Part shown: piece by piece, positions 39,539 through 49,463 of the stretch
Numbering within the stretch: position 1 is the first letter of the stretch
Layout: every line of letters starts with the position of its first letter
Source of the DNA: an uncultured bacterium
Lineage (GTDB): Bacteria > Patescibacteriota > JABMPQ01 > CAVVCK01
Direction: 5' to 3'
NCBI GenBank assembly: GCA_963746775.1
Contig: CAVVCK010000001.1
Coordinates: forward strand, 339,050 to 403,049
Length of the DNA stretch: 64,000 nt
The notes under the pieces: model-generated
The model's database searches: none
What the model was told of the DNA's origin: nothing
What the model saw: only the letters and a program-made list of their open reading frames with translations
Program-made: the position numbers and the translations under genes

Positions 39539-39688
39539 ATGACTAAAAAAGTTAAACAAAAAATAAAAAATGCTAAAACGAGACTTAAGAAAATTCCAAT
39601 AGCTATTATATCTCTAATATTCGGAACTTTTTTCTTTGCTTTTTTAGCTATTTTTATCAGAAAAAAAGGTAAAAATAAGAATAAATAA
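39539..39688 (+). CDS. 49-aa single-TM basic microprotein
   Basis: MTKKVKQKIKNAKTRLKKIPIAIISLIFGTFFFAFLAIFIRKKGKNKNK. Confidence 0.5.
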   Translation: MTKKVKQKIKNAKTRLKKIPIAIISLIFGTFFFAFLAIFIRKKGKNKNK

Positions 39689-39858
39689 ACTACGTATGAA
39701 ATTCTGAATATATTAATATTAATTTTTTCTTTTAGAATAGTCCTGTTAACCAGAAAAAAGTGAACTTGTAAGCGTTAGAATTTAATACGTAGTAAATATC
39801 GTTGCAATTATTTCATAAACATGCTAGATTTTAAATAATCAATTTATTAAATAATAAA

Positions 39859-40092
39859 TCGTAAACTTTCGTAGAAATTGAATTATCTTGAAATTATTAT
39901 GTTAGAAAACAATACTAAAATAAGAGAGCTTGGAGAAGATACAGTTAATTCTGTGGATTTTTTAAATTATCTTTCAAAAAAGACTATTAATTCTCTAATT
40001 AAGAAAAAGGCTATTAAAAAACTAGCTAAATCTCATATTTTAGTACTTTAAAATACTGTAATTCTTGATCAAAATTACGAAATTGCTTACGA
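39859..40092 (+). ncRNA. Candidate 6S-like rod RNA or structured rny leader
   Basis: Nested pairings TCGTAA/TTACGA, TTTCGTA/TACGAAA, TACTAAAATA/TATTTTAGTA, GAGA/TCTC; promoter TTGCAA-17-TAGATT at 39802-39830. Confidence 0.4.
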
Positions 40093-40107
40093 AAGAAAGG
40101 CAAATAT

Positions 40108-41634
40108 ATGGAAATTTTAATTGTTGTTATTCCTATTGCAACTTTGTTAGGAGGACTGGGAACTGGATACTTCTTGCGTAAAAAACTTGCTATAAAACAA
40201 AAAGAGAGCGCTGAGTTCGATGCAGATAAAATCATTGGCGAAGCTAAAACTAAAGAAAAGGAAATTATTATCGCTGCCAAAGACCAAGCCCTAAAAATTA
40301 CTGCCGAGGGAAAATCCGAAGAACAAGAAAGAAAAAATAAAATATCTCATTTAGAAAATCGCTTAGAAAAACGCGAGGAGTTTTTAGATTCAAAACTTGA
40401 TGAAATAGAAAAAAATAGAAAAGACTTAGAAATCAGAGCTAAAAATGCTCAAAGAATAAAACAAGAATTAACCAGTATAAAAATAAAACAATTAGAAACT
40501 CTGGAAAAAGTAGCCGCTCTATCTAAAGAAAAAGCTAAAGAAGTATTATTAGAAATGGTAGAAAAAGACATGCAAGATCAGGTATTAGCTCGCATAGAGA
40601 AAGTAAAAAGAGTAACCAAGGAGAAAGCTGATGTTGAGGCTAGAAATATTATAGCCCAAGCAATACAGCGACAATCTCAATCTCAAGCATCTGAGACAAC
40701 CACCACAGTTGTAGCTCTTCCTTCTGATGAAATGAAAGGAAGGATTATTGGACGCGAAGGAAGAAATATTAAAAAACTTGAAGAAATGACTGGAGTAGAG
40801 ATTGTGGTTGATGATACTCCTGAAGCCATTGTTATTTCTGGATTTAACCCTATTAGACGCCACGTAGCTAAAATGACTTTAGAAAAATTAATTTTAGATG
40901 GCCGAATACATCCCGCCAGAATTGAAGAAAAAATAGAAGAATCAAAAAGAGAAATTGCTAAAAGTATTAAAGAAACAGGAGAAAACACAGTTTATGACTT
41001 AGGTATTGCCGACTTTGATCCTAAATTAGTTCAATTATTAGGAAGACTAAAATATAGAACTAGTTATGGACAAAATGTGTTACAACATTCTGTAGAAGTA
41101 GCTAACCTTTCGGCTATCATAGCCGAAGAGTTAGGTGCTAATGTTTCTGTAGCTAAAAGAGCAGGTATTATGCACGATATTGGTAAAGCGGTTGATCATG
41201 AAGTCGAAGGAACTCATATTGAAATTGGCCGAAATATTTTACAAAAATTCAAGGAATCACCAGAAGTTATTCATGCTATGGAATGTCACCATGATGATGT
41301 CGAACCAAGAACAGTTGAAGCAGTCATAGTTGATGCTGCCGATTCTATTTCAGGTGCCAGACCCGGAGCTCGTAAAGATACCTATGAAAATTATATAAAA
41401 AGACTTGAGGAACTAGAAAATATTGCTACTACTTTCAAAGGTGTTGAAAAATCATACGCCATTCAAGCTGGCCGAGAAGTAAGAGTTTTCGTTATGCCTA
41501 ATGAAATTGATGATTTAGCTGCTACCAAACTTGCCAAAAACATAGCTGATAAAATAGAAGCTGAACTTAAATATCCTGGTGAAATTAAGGTTAACGTTAT
41601 TAGAGAAACTAGAGCTATTGAATACGCTAGATAG
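40108..41634 (+). CDS. rny: Ribonuclease Y
   Basis: TM plus coiled coil, KH domain KGRIIGREGRNI, HD domain HDIGK. Confidence 0.97.
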   Translation: MEILIVVIPIATLLGGLGTGYFLRKKLAIKQKESAEFDADKIIGEAKTKEKEIIIAAKDQALKITAEGKSEEQERKNKISHLENRLEKREEFLDSKLDEIEKNRKDLEIRAKNAQRIKQELTSIKIKQLETLEKVAALSKEKAKEVLLEMVEKDMQDQVLARIEKVKRVTKEKADVEARNIIAQAIQRQSQSQASETTTTVVALPSDEMKGRIIGREGRNIKKLEEMTGVEIVVDDTPEAIVISGFNPIRRHVAKMTLEKLILDGRIHPARIEEKIEESKREIAKSIKETGENTVYDLGIADFDPKLVQLLGRLKYRTSYGQNVLQHSVEVANLSAIIAEELGANVSVAKRAGIMHDIGKAVDHEVEGTHIEIGRNILQKFKESPEVIHAMECHHDDVEPRTVEAVIVDAADSISGARPGARKDTYENYIKRLEELENIATTFKGVEKSYAIQAGREVRVFVMPNEIDDLAATKLAKNIADKIEAELKYPGEIKVNVIRETRAIEYAR

Positions 41635-41760
41635 GGAATAAATCGAAATAAATTGAGATACAATAGAGATACATAAAAACTGATTATAATACATCTAAAA
41701 CAATGTATTTCTACAAATTTTAACTGTATTTCATTTTTTACTCTATATTAATATTAAGAG

Positions 41761-42555
41761 ATGAAAATAATTTTCTTCGGAGATGTGGTTGGCCAACCAG
41801 GCCGTAGCGCTCTTCGCCAAATAATCCCAGAAATTAAAGAGGAATACAACCCTGATGTAATTATTTGTAATGGTGAAAATTTAGCTCACGGTAAAGGTAT
41901 TACAGAAAAAACACTACAATCGATTATTGATGCTGGCATAGATGTAGTAACTTCTGGCAATCATATCTTTAAAAAGAAAGAAGGAATCGAAATTTTAATG
42001 CAGGAAAAATTACCTGTAATTAGACCAGCTAACTATCCCCCAGGAGTTCCGGGCAGAGGTTATATTTCTATAGATATTGGCACCGAAAAACTTCTAGTTA
42101 TTAACGTTATTGGACAAGCTTTTTTTGGAGAAGACTTTGATTCCCCTTTTAGAAAATTAGATGAAATTCTAGATTCGAAAGAAGCTTCAGGCGCTAATGC
42201 TATTCTTGTGGATGCCCATACGGAAGTAACTTCAGAAATTAAAGCTCTGGGATATTACTTAGATGGCCGAGTCTCCGCTTGTCTCGGCACCCATACTCAT
42301 ATTCCTACTGCTGACAGTAGAATTTTAAATAAAGGCACTGCCTATTTATCAGATGTCGGTATGGTTGGCATTAAAGATTCTGTTTTAGGTGTTAGAAAAG
42401 ATGAAGTTTTAGAAAAATTTCTAACTCAAATGCCCGCTAAATTTGAAATAGAAGATCATGGAATATGTGAAATTTCCGGTGTTTATATAGAAACTGAAGA
42501 AGGATCAATTAAAGCCAAAAAAATAGAACCAATATATAGGGAAGTGGAAGTCTAA
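41761..42555 (+). CDS. ymdB: YmdB-like metallophosphoesterase
   Basis: GDVVG, NGEN, GNH, RPANYP, GTHTH; follows rny. Confidence 0.92.
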   Translation: MKIIFFGDVVGQPGRSALRQIIPEIKEEYNPDVIICNGENLAHGKGITEKTLQSIIDAGIDVVTSGNHIFKKKEGIEILMQEKLPVIRPANYPPGVPGRGYISIDIGTEKLLVINVIGQAFFGEDFDSPFRKLDEILDSKEASGANAILVDAHTEVTSEIKALGYYLDGRVSACLGTHTHIPTADSRILNKGTAYLSDVGMVGIKDSVLGVRKDEVLEKFLTQMPAKFEIEDHGICEISGVYIETEEGSIKAKKIEPIYREVEV

Positions 42556-42695
42556 TAGTTTAAATTGTTAAATATTTTATTTTTAAAACCACTATTTAGG
42601 TTATCCACAATATAATTTGCTTAAATTTAAGTATTTGGCTATAATTAGGTAAATTTAAGATTCAATATTAATCTATAAGAAAGGGGGTGAGAAAA

Positions 42696-42977
42696 ATGAA
42701 TAAAATGGAATTAGTTGCTGCCTTAGCTTCTAAGGCTGGCATTTCAAAGAGTGATGCTGAAAACTGTCTTAATGGTTTAGTTTCTATCGTTACTGAAAAA
42801 ATGAAAGCTGCAGAAAAAGTAGCTATTACAGGTTTTGGAACATTTGGCATTACTGACAGAAAAGCAAGAACAGGTGTTAACCCTCAGCATCCTTCACAAA
42901 AGATCCAAATCCCTGCTATGCGCGTACCTAAATTTACAGCTGGCAAGACCCTAAAAGATACTCTTAAGAACAAATAA
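42696..42977 (+). CDS. hup: HU DNA-binding protein
   Basis: MNKMELV, GFGTF, ARTGVNP, PKFTAGK. Confidence 0.95.
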   Translation: MNKMELVAALASKAGISKSDAENCLNGLVSIVTEKMKAAEKVAITGFGTFGITDRKARTGVNPQHPSQKIQIPAMRVPKFTAGKTLKDTLKNK

Positions 42978-42996
42978 GATAAATCTTTTATATAAT

Positions 42997-43027
42997 AAAT
43001 AAGACCCATATTAATAGGGTCTTATTT
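42997..43027. terminator. Intrinsic terminator
   Basis: AAATAAGACCC...GGGTCTTATTT. Confidence 0.7.
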
Positions 43028-43065
43028 ATTTTACAAAATGTAAAATAAAAAATGATTATTTATCT

Positions 43066-43127
43066 TATCAGAGCACAGGGATTCTTCGCCTCCTCGGCGG
43101 ACCAGCCGACAGAGGCTGGGAACCCAG
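43066..43127 (-). pseudogene. tRNA-Pro 3' fragment with a 35-bp insertion in the T-loop
   Basis: Matches 43173-43199 (TATC.G.GCACAGGGATTC|GAACCCAG) but is split by the insert at 43085-43119. Confidence 0.7.
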
Positions 43128-43174
43128 TACTTATTTTAAAAGGTTAAATTAAACAAAAATAATTGTTACATCTA

Positions 43175-43245
43175 TCGGGGCACAGGGATTCGAACCCAGG
43201 CTAAATCCTCCCAAAGGACTCGTGCTACCATTACACTATGCCCCG
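43175..43245 (-). tRNA. tRNA-Pro(UGG), CCA not encoded
   Basis: Cloverleaf CGGGGCA..., anticodon loop TTTGGGA, GGTTCGAATCC. Confidence 0.93.
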
Positions 43246-43351
43246 GATATATAGAAAATATAGGTCATAATTAATTCTCTGTCAATTAAACAAACATATT
43301 ACTAAAATTAAATGACTGCCTGACCTATTCACTATAATAATTCATCTAAGG

Positions 43352-43453
43352 TCTAATTCACCTAATAAAATAATCAAATCTTAAATTAATAATTAAAAAA
43401 ATATTTATTAATTTTGATATTTTATTATTTAACCTTTTATTAGGTGAATTAGA
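43352..43453. repeat. 19-bp perfect inverted repeat pair (MITE-like)
   Basis: TCTAATTCACCTAATAAAA ... TTTTATTAGGTGAATTAGA, with partial outer copies. Confidence 0.7.
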
Positions 43454-43477
43454 TAAATTGTAATTTAGGTGAATTCA

Positions 43478-46417
43478 TTATTTATTTTTTAACTCATAAA
43501 TCCACTTTGGCAACAAAAAATAAGCAGTACATAGAAAAGAAAATATTAATAAAACAATCACATTCCCTCCGGCCTGAGGAATATTTCCGCCAATTTTATT
43601 TGTAATACTATCTAATATCCCTCCTTCTCCATTTCTTATATCGCTTTGATAACGAGGCAACACTCTATACCCGGAGGAAGTCTCACTCTCAATCCCTAAG
43701 ATTGTTATTTTATCACCCTTTTTCATTTCTGGTTTTTCTATACCAGTATTGGTATTAATATAAACCTTAGCCTGTCCGCTGCCATCATCTACATAAAAAA
43801 CATTGCCAGATGTTTTAGCTATTTCACCAGCAATTTTAATTAATTGTCCCTCATAATCTTCTTTTATGTCTCCTGTTTTAATTTCCCTAGGCTGCGGAGC
43901 AGATTTATGGCTAAAAATTTGAACATCTTCTTTGGCTGATACATTTATTTTCTTTTCATTACCACTTTCTGATGTTTTGCCAAAAACAGTTACTTCATCG
44001 CCTAATTCTAATTTGGGGAAATCTTCTTTAGAAAAATATATTTGCATACCAGCACTTGAATCCTGAATATAAAAAGTTTTCTTGCTAAATAATCCCGGCT
44101 CAGATATTACTGTGCCTTTTATTTTTACTTCTGTATTTTTTTCTTTAGCTCGGGCTTCTTTGATAGAAATAATACCTAAAGCATTACTATCTGACTGCTC
44201 ACTACTTTCTTCAGAATTAGTTGTTGTATTAGAAGTGTTATTACTATCTTCATTAGTAGCATCATTTTCTTCACTGTTTGTATCTTCATTACCCTCTTCA
44301 TCTTCATTTGAAATAATATTTTCTTTTCCTGGTGTCGGCGTGTTAGTCCACTCAAAATTATTTTCATCATTTAGAGCATAAGCATATCCTTCTTTGGCAC
44401 TTTCTTTATAATAAACTTCTGAAGCAATCTCACTATCAGGATAAATTAATCTTGCTTTCTCATCACTATTATTTAAGGAAAGTTTGGTTTCCCCTCTGTA
44501 AAACACTAAATATTCATTAGCTTTAATTGCTTTATCTGTGATAGTATATGGACTACTACCACCATCAGTATCATCAATTTGCCATGATTCTAAATCAACC
44601 TCTTCGCTTCCTTTATTATAAATTTCAATAAATTCTCCTTCGTCAGCTGTATCACTACCTGCTGGATTAGGTAATACTTCCGTTATAATTACATCCTTGG
44701 AAAAAGATTCAGAAATATTTTCTTCTGAATTTGTATTCGTGGTTGTATTAGAATCAGAACTTGGCGTTGTTTCATCTTCTGTTTCTGGCTCTATAATTTT
44801 AACTTTTAGAGTATCGCTATCTTCTCCTCCCCGGCTGTCACTAACAATAAGTTTAACTGTGAAACTGCCTGCCTTAGAATAGACATGCGTTGTTTTATTA
44901 CCTTCACCCTTATTTCCATCGCCGAAATCCCATTTGTAAGCTAATTCATCTCCATCAGAATCAGAGGATTTACTGCCATCAAAAGTAATTTTCTCATTAA
45001 TCTCTGCTTCCATATCGTTCCCTAATAAAGCTTCTGGATTATGATTTTCTGAAATTATTTGGTTCATTTGACCCGGAGTCGGCTCTATACTCCACTGCCA
45101 TAAACTTTCTAATAAATTATATGATTGCCCCTCGGGTGCTGATTCGGAATAAGTAACTGTGTCTAATAAATTACTATTGGGCTGATGCAAGTTTACGGTT
45201 TCCCCACCTGTATTATTTAGAGATATCCCACTAATATTTCTATAAATTATAAAATACCCCTGAGCAGCTATTGTTGTAGAAGTAAAATCATCACCAGAAA
45301 TAACATAATTTGTACTAGAATCACCCACTTGCCAATTCTTTAGATCAACTGCTTCATTGCTTTTATTATAAAGCTCAATATATTCTCCCTCGCTATCACT
45401 ACCAATTGGATTGGGTAAAATTTCATTAATTATTATCTGATCAGAATAAGTAGGTTCTATAATTTCAATTTCTATACTATCTTCTGCTTCATTAGAAGCG
45501 CTATCTATAACACTAATCGGTATTTCATAATTTCCAAAATTAATATTAACAGGTAGGCTATATTCATAGTTATAAATACCATCACTAGCCTCTATATCAC
45601 CATTAGTCCCATCATCAAACATTGATTGAGTATCACTGCCGCCTATGGCTGACAAATCAAGATTAACTGATTCAATATCGCTTAAACCATCTTCATCGGA
45701 AATTTCAGCTGTAAATAATATAGAATTTTCTTCACCTAAAATAAATGAATTGGGATTGGCTTCCAAAGATATTATTTCAGGCGATTCATTTACATATTCA
45801 TTAGAAATACCATAAGTTGGACTATTAAATTCTTGCCAATCACTAAGTTCATTGTTATCTTCACCATCAGCTATTAAACCTAAGGAATGTCCACTAGAAA
45901 TATCTTCTAAATATTCACCATCTTCCCAAATTCCAGCCAAAACTGCATTATTGTCATCCGTTCCGCTATCTCCACCCCAAGCCATAAAATCAACTATGGT
46001 TGTACTATCAAATACTGTTGAATTATTATAAATAGATACTTGATCTGAAGTATTAGCATAATGCGATTCATGTCCATAATTAGCATATATTATTCCTAAA
46101 CTATCGGAAAAATCTAAATCTTCTGTCCCACTATCTGATCTAATTATTAAAAAATTATTAGCTGGCAATATAACTGAGCATGTAAAAATATATTCAGGTG
46201 CTGCATCTTCATCTGTTATTGCCCAATCGTTTAAATCAACATCATCTGCTCCAGCATTATATAATTCCACCCACTCTACTCCATCTACCGGATCATACAT
46301 AACTTCATTAATTTTTATATTGAAATCAGCTGCTTTTATAACTTTCACCGGTAAAATAAAAAAATTTCCTAAAGAAATTAAGGAAATCATAAAGACATTA
46401 AAAAGTTTTTTGATCAT
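43478..46417 (-). CDS. Surface protein with three lamin-tail domains, a PKD domain, OB folds and a C-terminal anchor
   Basis: Three INE/ITE...E(W/Y/F)(V/I)E(L/I)YN repeats, WDFGDG, C-terminal IPQAG + TM + basic tail. Confidence 0.85.
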   Translation of the reverse strand: MIKKLFNVFMISLISLGNFFILPVKVIKAADFNIKINEVMYDPVDGVEWVELYNAGADDVDLNDWAITDEDAAPEYIFTCSVILPANNFLIIRSDSGTEDLDFSDSLGIIYANYGHESHYANTSDQVSIYNNSTVFDSTTIVDFMAWGGDSGTDDNNAVLAGIWEDGEYLEDISSGHSLGLIADGEDNNELSDWQEFNSPTYGISNEYVNESPEIISLEANPNSFILGEENSILFTAEISDEDGLSDIESVNLDLSAIGGSDTQSMFDDGTNGDIEASDGIYNYEYSLPVNINFGNYEIPISVIDSASNEAEDSIEIEIIEPTYSDQIIINEILPNPIGSDSEGEYIELYNKSNEAVDLKNWQVGDSSTNYVISGDDFTSTTIAAQGYFIIYRNISGISLNNTGGETVNLHQPNSNLLDTVTYSESAPEGQSYNLLESLWQWSIEPTPGQMNQIISENHNPEALLGNDMEAEINEKITFDGSKSSDSDGDELAYKWDFGDGNKGEGNKTTHVYSKAGSFTVKLIVSDSRGGEDSDTLKVKIIEPETEDETTPSSDSNTTTNTNSEENISESFSKDVIITEVLPNPAGSDTADEGEFIEIYNKGSEEVDLESWQIDDTDGGSSPYTITDKAIKANEYLVFYRGETKLSLNNSDEKARLIYPDSEIASEVYYKESAKEGYAYALNDENNFEWTNTPTPGKENIISNEDEEGNEDTNSEENDATNEDSNNTSNTTTNSEESSEQSDSNALGIISIKEARAKEKNTEVKIKGTVISEPGLFSKKTFYIQDSSAGMQIYFSKEDFPKLELGDEVTVFGKTSESGNEKKINVSAKEDVQIFSHKSAPQPREIKTGDIKEDYEGQLIKIAGEIAKTSGNVFYVDDGSGQAKVYINTNTGIEKPEMKKGDKITILGIESETSSGYRVLPRYQSDIRNGEGGILDSITNKIGGNIPQAGGNVIVLLIFSFLCTAYFLLPKWIYELKNK

Positions 46418-46464
46418 AGTAACCTCCTATTACTATTAATTAATTTTTATCTAAAATATTTATT

Positions 46465-46824
46465 TTATACACTTGGTTGACTAGGAAAAGGGTTAAAATT
46501 CTTTATTTCGGCAATATCTTCTTTTGATAATATTTTATTTCTACTGTGAATTTCAATTTCTTTATTCAGCTTATTATCCACCTTTTTAACTAAAGGTACT
46601 TGTTTTTAATCTTGCATTTTAGCGCTTAATCCATCAATCTTTTCTTCTAAATCTTCTTTTACTCCTCCTAAATCTTGTTTTACTCCTTCTAAATCTAGTC
46701 TTACTGTTTCCAAATCTGCTTTTGTAGCTAATTCTTCTAAGTCACTTTTTGTAGCTGTTTGATCAAAACCATTTTTAACCATAATAGCTAATTTTTCTAA
46801 TTCCTCTTTTGTTTCCTTATCCAT
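46465..46824 (-). pseudogene. Coiled-coil hypothetical gene with an internal TAA
   Basis: The frame stays open after TAA 46606-46608 (KQVPLVKK...NPFPSQPSV*). Confidence 0.55.
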
Positions 46825-46889
46825 ATAATTATAAATTTTTATTTTATATTCTCCATTTTAATACCTTCTAAATTCAAGTCAAAAAAATT

Positions 46890-47897
46890 TTAATCAGCCA
46901 TTTGTTTTTTAAAATCCTCTACCATAGCTACTGGTGTCGGATCCTGACCTGCTCCAATAGCTAAATAATAAGATACCCAATCAAATAAAATAAGAGCATT
47001 AAATATTTTTTCTAAATCATTTTCTTTATTCATATCTACTATAGTCACCTTCACTCCTTTTTCTTCCAATATTTTTGCAGTAATATCAAATCTTTTTAAA
47101 ATTCTTTCATGGTCCGCATAATCTCTAAAGATAATGACATGATAATTGCCATTTAACCTCGTATAACCCACCATTTCATTATGATTCATTTCTGGAAAAG
47201 CATTATAAAAAGCTTCAGTTTTAGAATTCTCATTTATTTTTATCTTACAAATCTGAGCTACAGACTTTCTATATTTTTCAGAAGCATAAATAATAGGTGT
47301 AAATCCATGCAAATCTTGAGCAATTTCCTTGCCACGTTCTTCCAGTTCTTCTGGCTTTAGAGATTCTGCTAATTCTTTTATTTCTTCATTAATATTATCA
47401 ATTACACCACAATTAGATAAAACTTTTATCATAGAAGTAAAAGAATAACCTAGGGCGCAACGAGGCTGAAAATCTGGTCCATCATTAGGATATTCTACAA
47501 AAGGCATGTTATAATTTTGACAAGCATTAGCTAATTTGCTGCCACCCCTAGCAAAGCCTACAGTTCTATAATTTTTACCCGTTAATTCTTTAAAACAAGA
47601 CAGTGGTTCTTCAGTGTTTCCTGAGTAAGATGAGGTAAATATTAAAGTTTTTTCATTTACCCCAACTGGCAGAGTATAATTACGATTAACTATCGCTGGA
47701 AAATCTATATTTTTATAATCTAAATAAGCTTTGACTAAATCACCTGGCAAAGCAGAGCCACCCATCCCGCAAACTACTAATTTATTAAATTCTCCTTCTA
47801 ATTTTTTATCTTTGGCAAAATCTAGTGCTTTTAAAAATTGATTAGGAAAATCTAAAATAACCTGTCTAAAATTTGATTTGTCGATTGGATTATTCAT
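46890..47897 (-). CDS. Bifunctional phosphoglucose/phosphomannose isomerase
   Basis: GMGGS, SYSGNTEE, QPR, ENSK, PEMNHNE. Confidence 0.93.
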   Translation of the reverse strand: MNNPIDKSNFRQVILDFPNQFLKALDFAKDKKLEGEFNKLVVCGMGGSALPGDLVKAYLDYKNIDFPAIVNRNYTLPVGVNEKTLIFTSSYSGNTEEPLSCFKELTGKNYRTVGFARGGSKLANACQNYNMPFVEYPNDGPDFQPRCALGYSFTSMIKVLSNCGVIDNINEEIKELAESLKPEELEERGKEIAQDLHGFTPIIYASEKYRKSVAQICKIKINENSKTEAFYNAFPEMNHNEMVGYTRLNGNYHVIIFRDYADHERILKRFDITAKILEEKGVKVTIVDMNKENDLEKIFNALILFDWVSYYLAIGAGQDPTPVAMVEDFKKQMAD

Positions 47898-47994
47898 AAT
47901 TAATAGCTATATTTTAAAAAAATTTGAATTAGTGATTGAGTAGAATTTATTAGAACTTTAACCCTACTCTATATAAAGAAGTGCGAAAAAAGAA

Positions 47995-48228
47995 CTATCG
48001 CTTGTCATTCAATTCTACAGAAATTAAGAAATTTCCTTTTGACATTTGTTCATCCGGAGAAATAATAATCTTTTCTTCAAATCCTATACAAGTAATTTCA
48101 ACTCCATCTCTTCCCTCTAATAAGCAAACGAAAACTCCTCGCCCCACTGGTACATTAATACCGGTTTTCAAAGAAATATTCCGCTGCCTACCGGATCTTT
48201 TATCTTTGATTGTTAGCTCAGCTTCCAT
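47995..48228 (-). CDS. Small hypothetical protein
   Basis: 77 aa, preceded by GAGGAGAGG RBS-like sequence. Confidence 0.55.
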   Translation of the reverse strand: MEAELTIKDKRSGRQRNISLKTGINVPVGRGVFVCLLEGRDGVEITCIGFEEKIIISPDEQMSKGNFLISVELNDKR

Positions 48229-48310
48229 CTTCCTCTCCTCCTCTCAAGGAAACTCATTATTTAATAAAATAGTCTTTATTAAATAATTAATTTCCTTATA
48301 TTTCAAAAAA

Positions 48311-48392
48311 TGCCCAGGGTGGGACTCGAACCCACAAGAGTTGCCTCACTAGCTCCTAAGGCTAGCGTGTTTGCCAATTTCACCACCTGGGC
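48311..48392 (-). tRNA. tRNA-Leu(UAG), CCA not encoded
   Basis: GCCCAGG...CCTGGGCA acceptor stem, CTAGC-CTTAGGA-GCTAG anticodon arm, long variable arm. Confidence 0.95.
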
Positions 48393-48531
48393 TCAATATA
48401 ATACTAATCTGCCTCTAACGTCAGACATGTATACGAATTATACCAATTATACTAATTATCTATTCGTATCATTAGTACCCATTCGTATATTGGCATTATA
48501 ATTATACTATCAAAATATTCACATTTGGCAA

Positions 48532-49302
48532 TTACTTTTTATCTTTTTTCTTTCTATTTAAAGGACTTCTAAATAAATTTAAAATCAATAAAACAATACT
48601 TCCAATAAAAAAATATTTAGTATACTTATAAATCTCTCTATAAATATCTTCTTTCTTTTTAATTATTTCAAAATCAGTCAAATATACCACTTCGCAGGCA
48701 TTATTACCTGTATCTAACCTAGTAGTGCTTGTACTGCGCTTAAATTGTCCGTCATTAGCAGAATATTCCACTAAATATCCTTTGAAATGAATTTGATCCC
48801 CTATCTCTACCGACATAATTTTTTTAGCAATTTCTTCATTATCAGCTAGCAAATGATTATTAGACAAATGACTAAAAGAAAATTTAGATTGTACTTCCTG
48901 TCCTGCTCCATTTTTACTTTCCATATAGCAAGTCCAGCTACCGCTTTTAAATTTCATTTGCTTATAAACTTCTGTATCAATATTACTCCCCCAAATAACA
49001 CAAACATCTTTCAAATTAATAAAATCATTCCATGCTTTATGATAATAGTCCCACCATTTATTGGCATTATGATAAGTTACCACTAAGCCATAAAGCTCAT
49101 AACTAGTTATTGGTTTTATATTATAAGTAACATCGCCTACCCTTTTTTCAAAAGACTCTTTGTCAGTATGCTCTTGTATCGGCTCCTGGAATAGCCTCTC
49201 ATCAATTTCTCCTTTCTCTGGTAATTGATCTTTTAGAAAATATGAAGTAATTAAAATAATAATGCTGAGCAGTAGAATAATTTGTAATATTCTTTTAAAC
49301 AT
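48532..49302 (-). CDS. Hypothetical membrane-anchored protein
   Basis: N- and C-terminal TMs; SNNHL and RLDTGNNACEV segments. Confidence 0.75.
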   Translation of the reverse strand: MFKRILQIILLLSIIILITSYFLKDQLPEKGEIDERLFQEPIQEHTDKESFEKRVGDVTYNIKPITSYELYGLVVTYHNANKWWDYYHKAWNDFINLKDVCVIWGSNIDTEVYKQMKFKSGSWTCYMESKNGAGQEVQSKFSFSHLSNNHLLADNEEIAKKIMSVEIGDQIHFKGYLVEYSANDGQFKRSTSTTRLDTGNNACEVVYLTDFEIIKKKEDIYREIYKYTKYFFIGSIVLLILNLFRSPLNRKKKDKK

Positions 49303-49463
49303 GGTTTTATGGTAGGATTATAACATAAATTTTATAATTTTATTGATATTTTATATGTAGGTTGGGTTGAGTACTCGAAACCCAACATTAAATTAAAATA
49401 GACATTTTTCACCCCCAAATTACGTATAAATAATATATTTAAAATATTTTTAACTTAAACTCT

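Noticed and set aside
17054-46608. Stop-codon reassignment suggested by two in-frame TAAs
   Set aside because: TAA, TAG and TGA all terminate intact genes in this window.
48310-48501. 63-aa ORF MPRVGLEPT...
   Set aside because: Antisense translation of tRNA-Leu.
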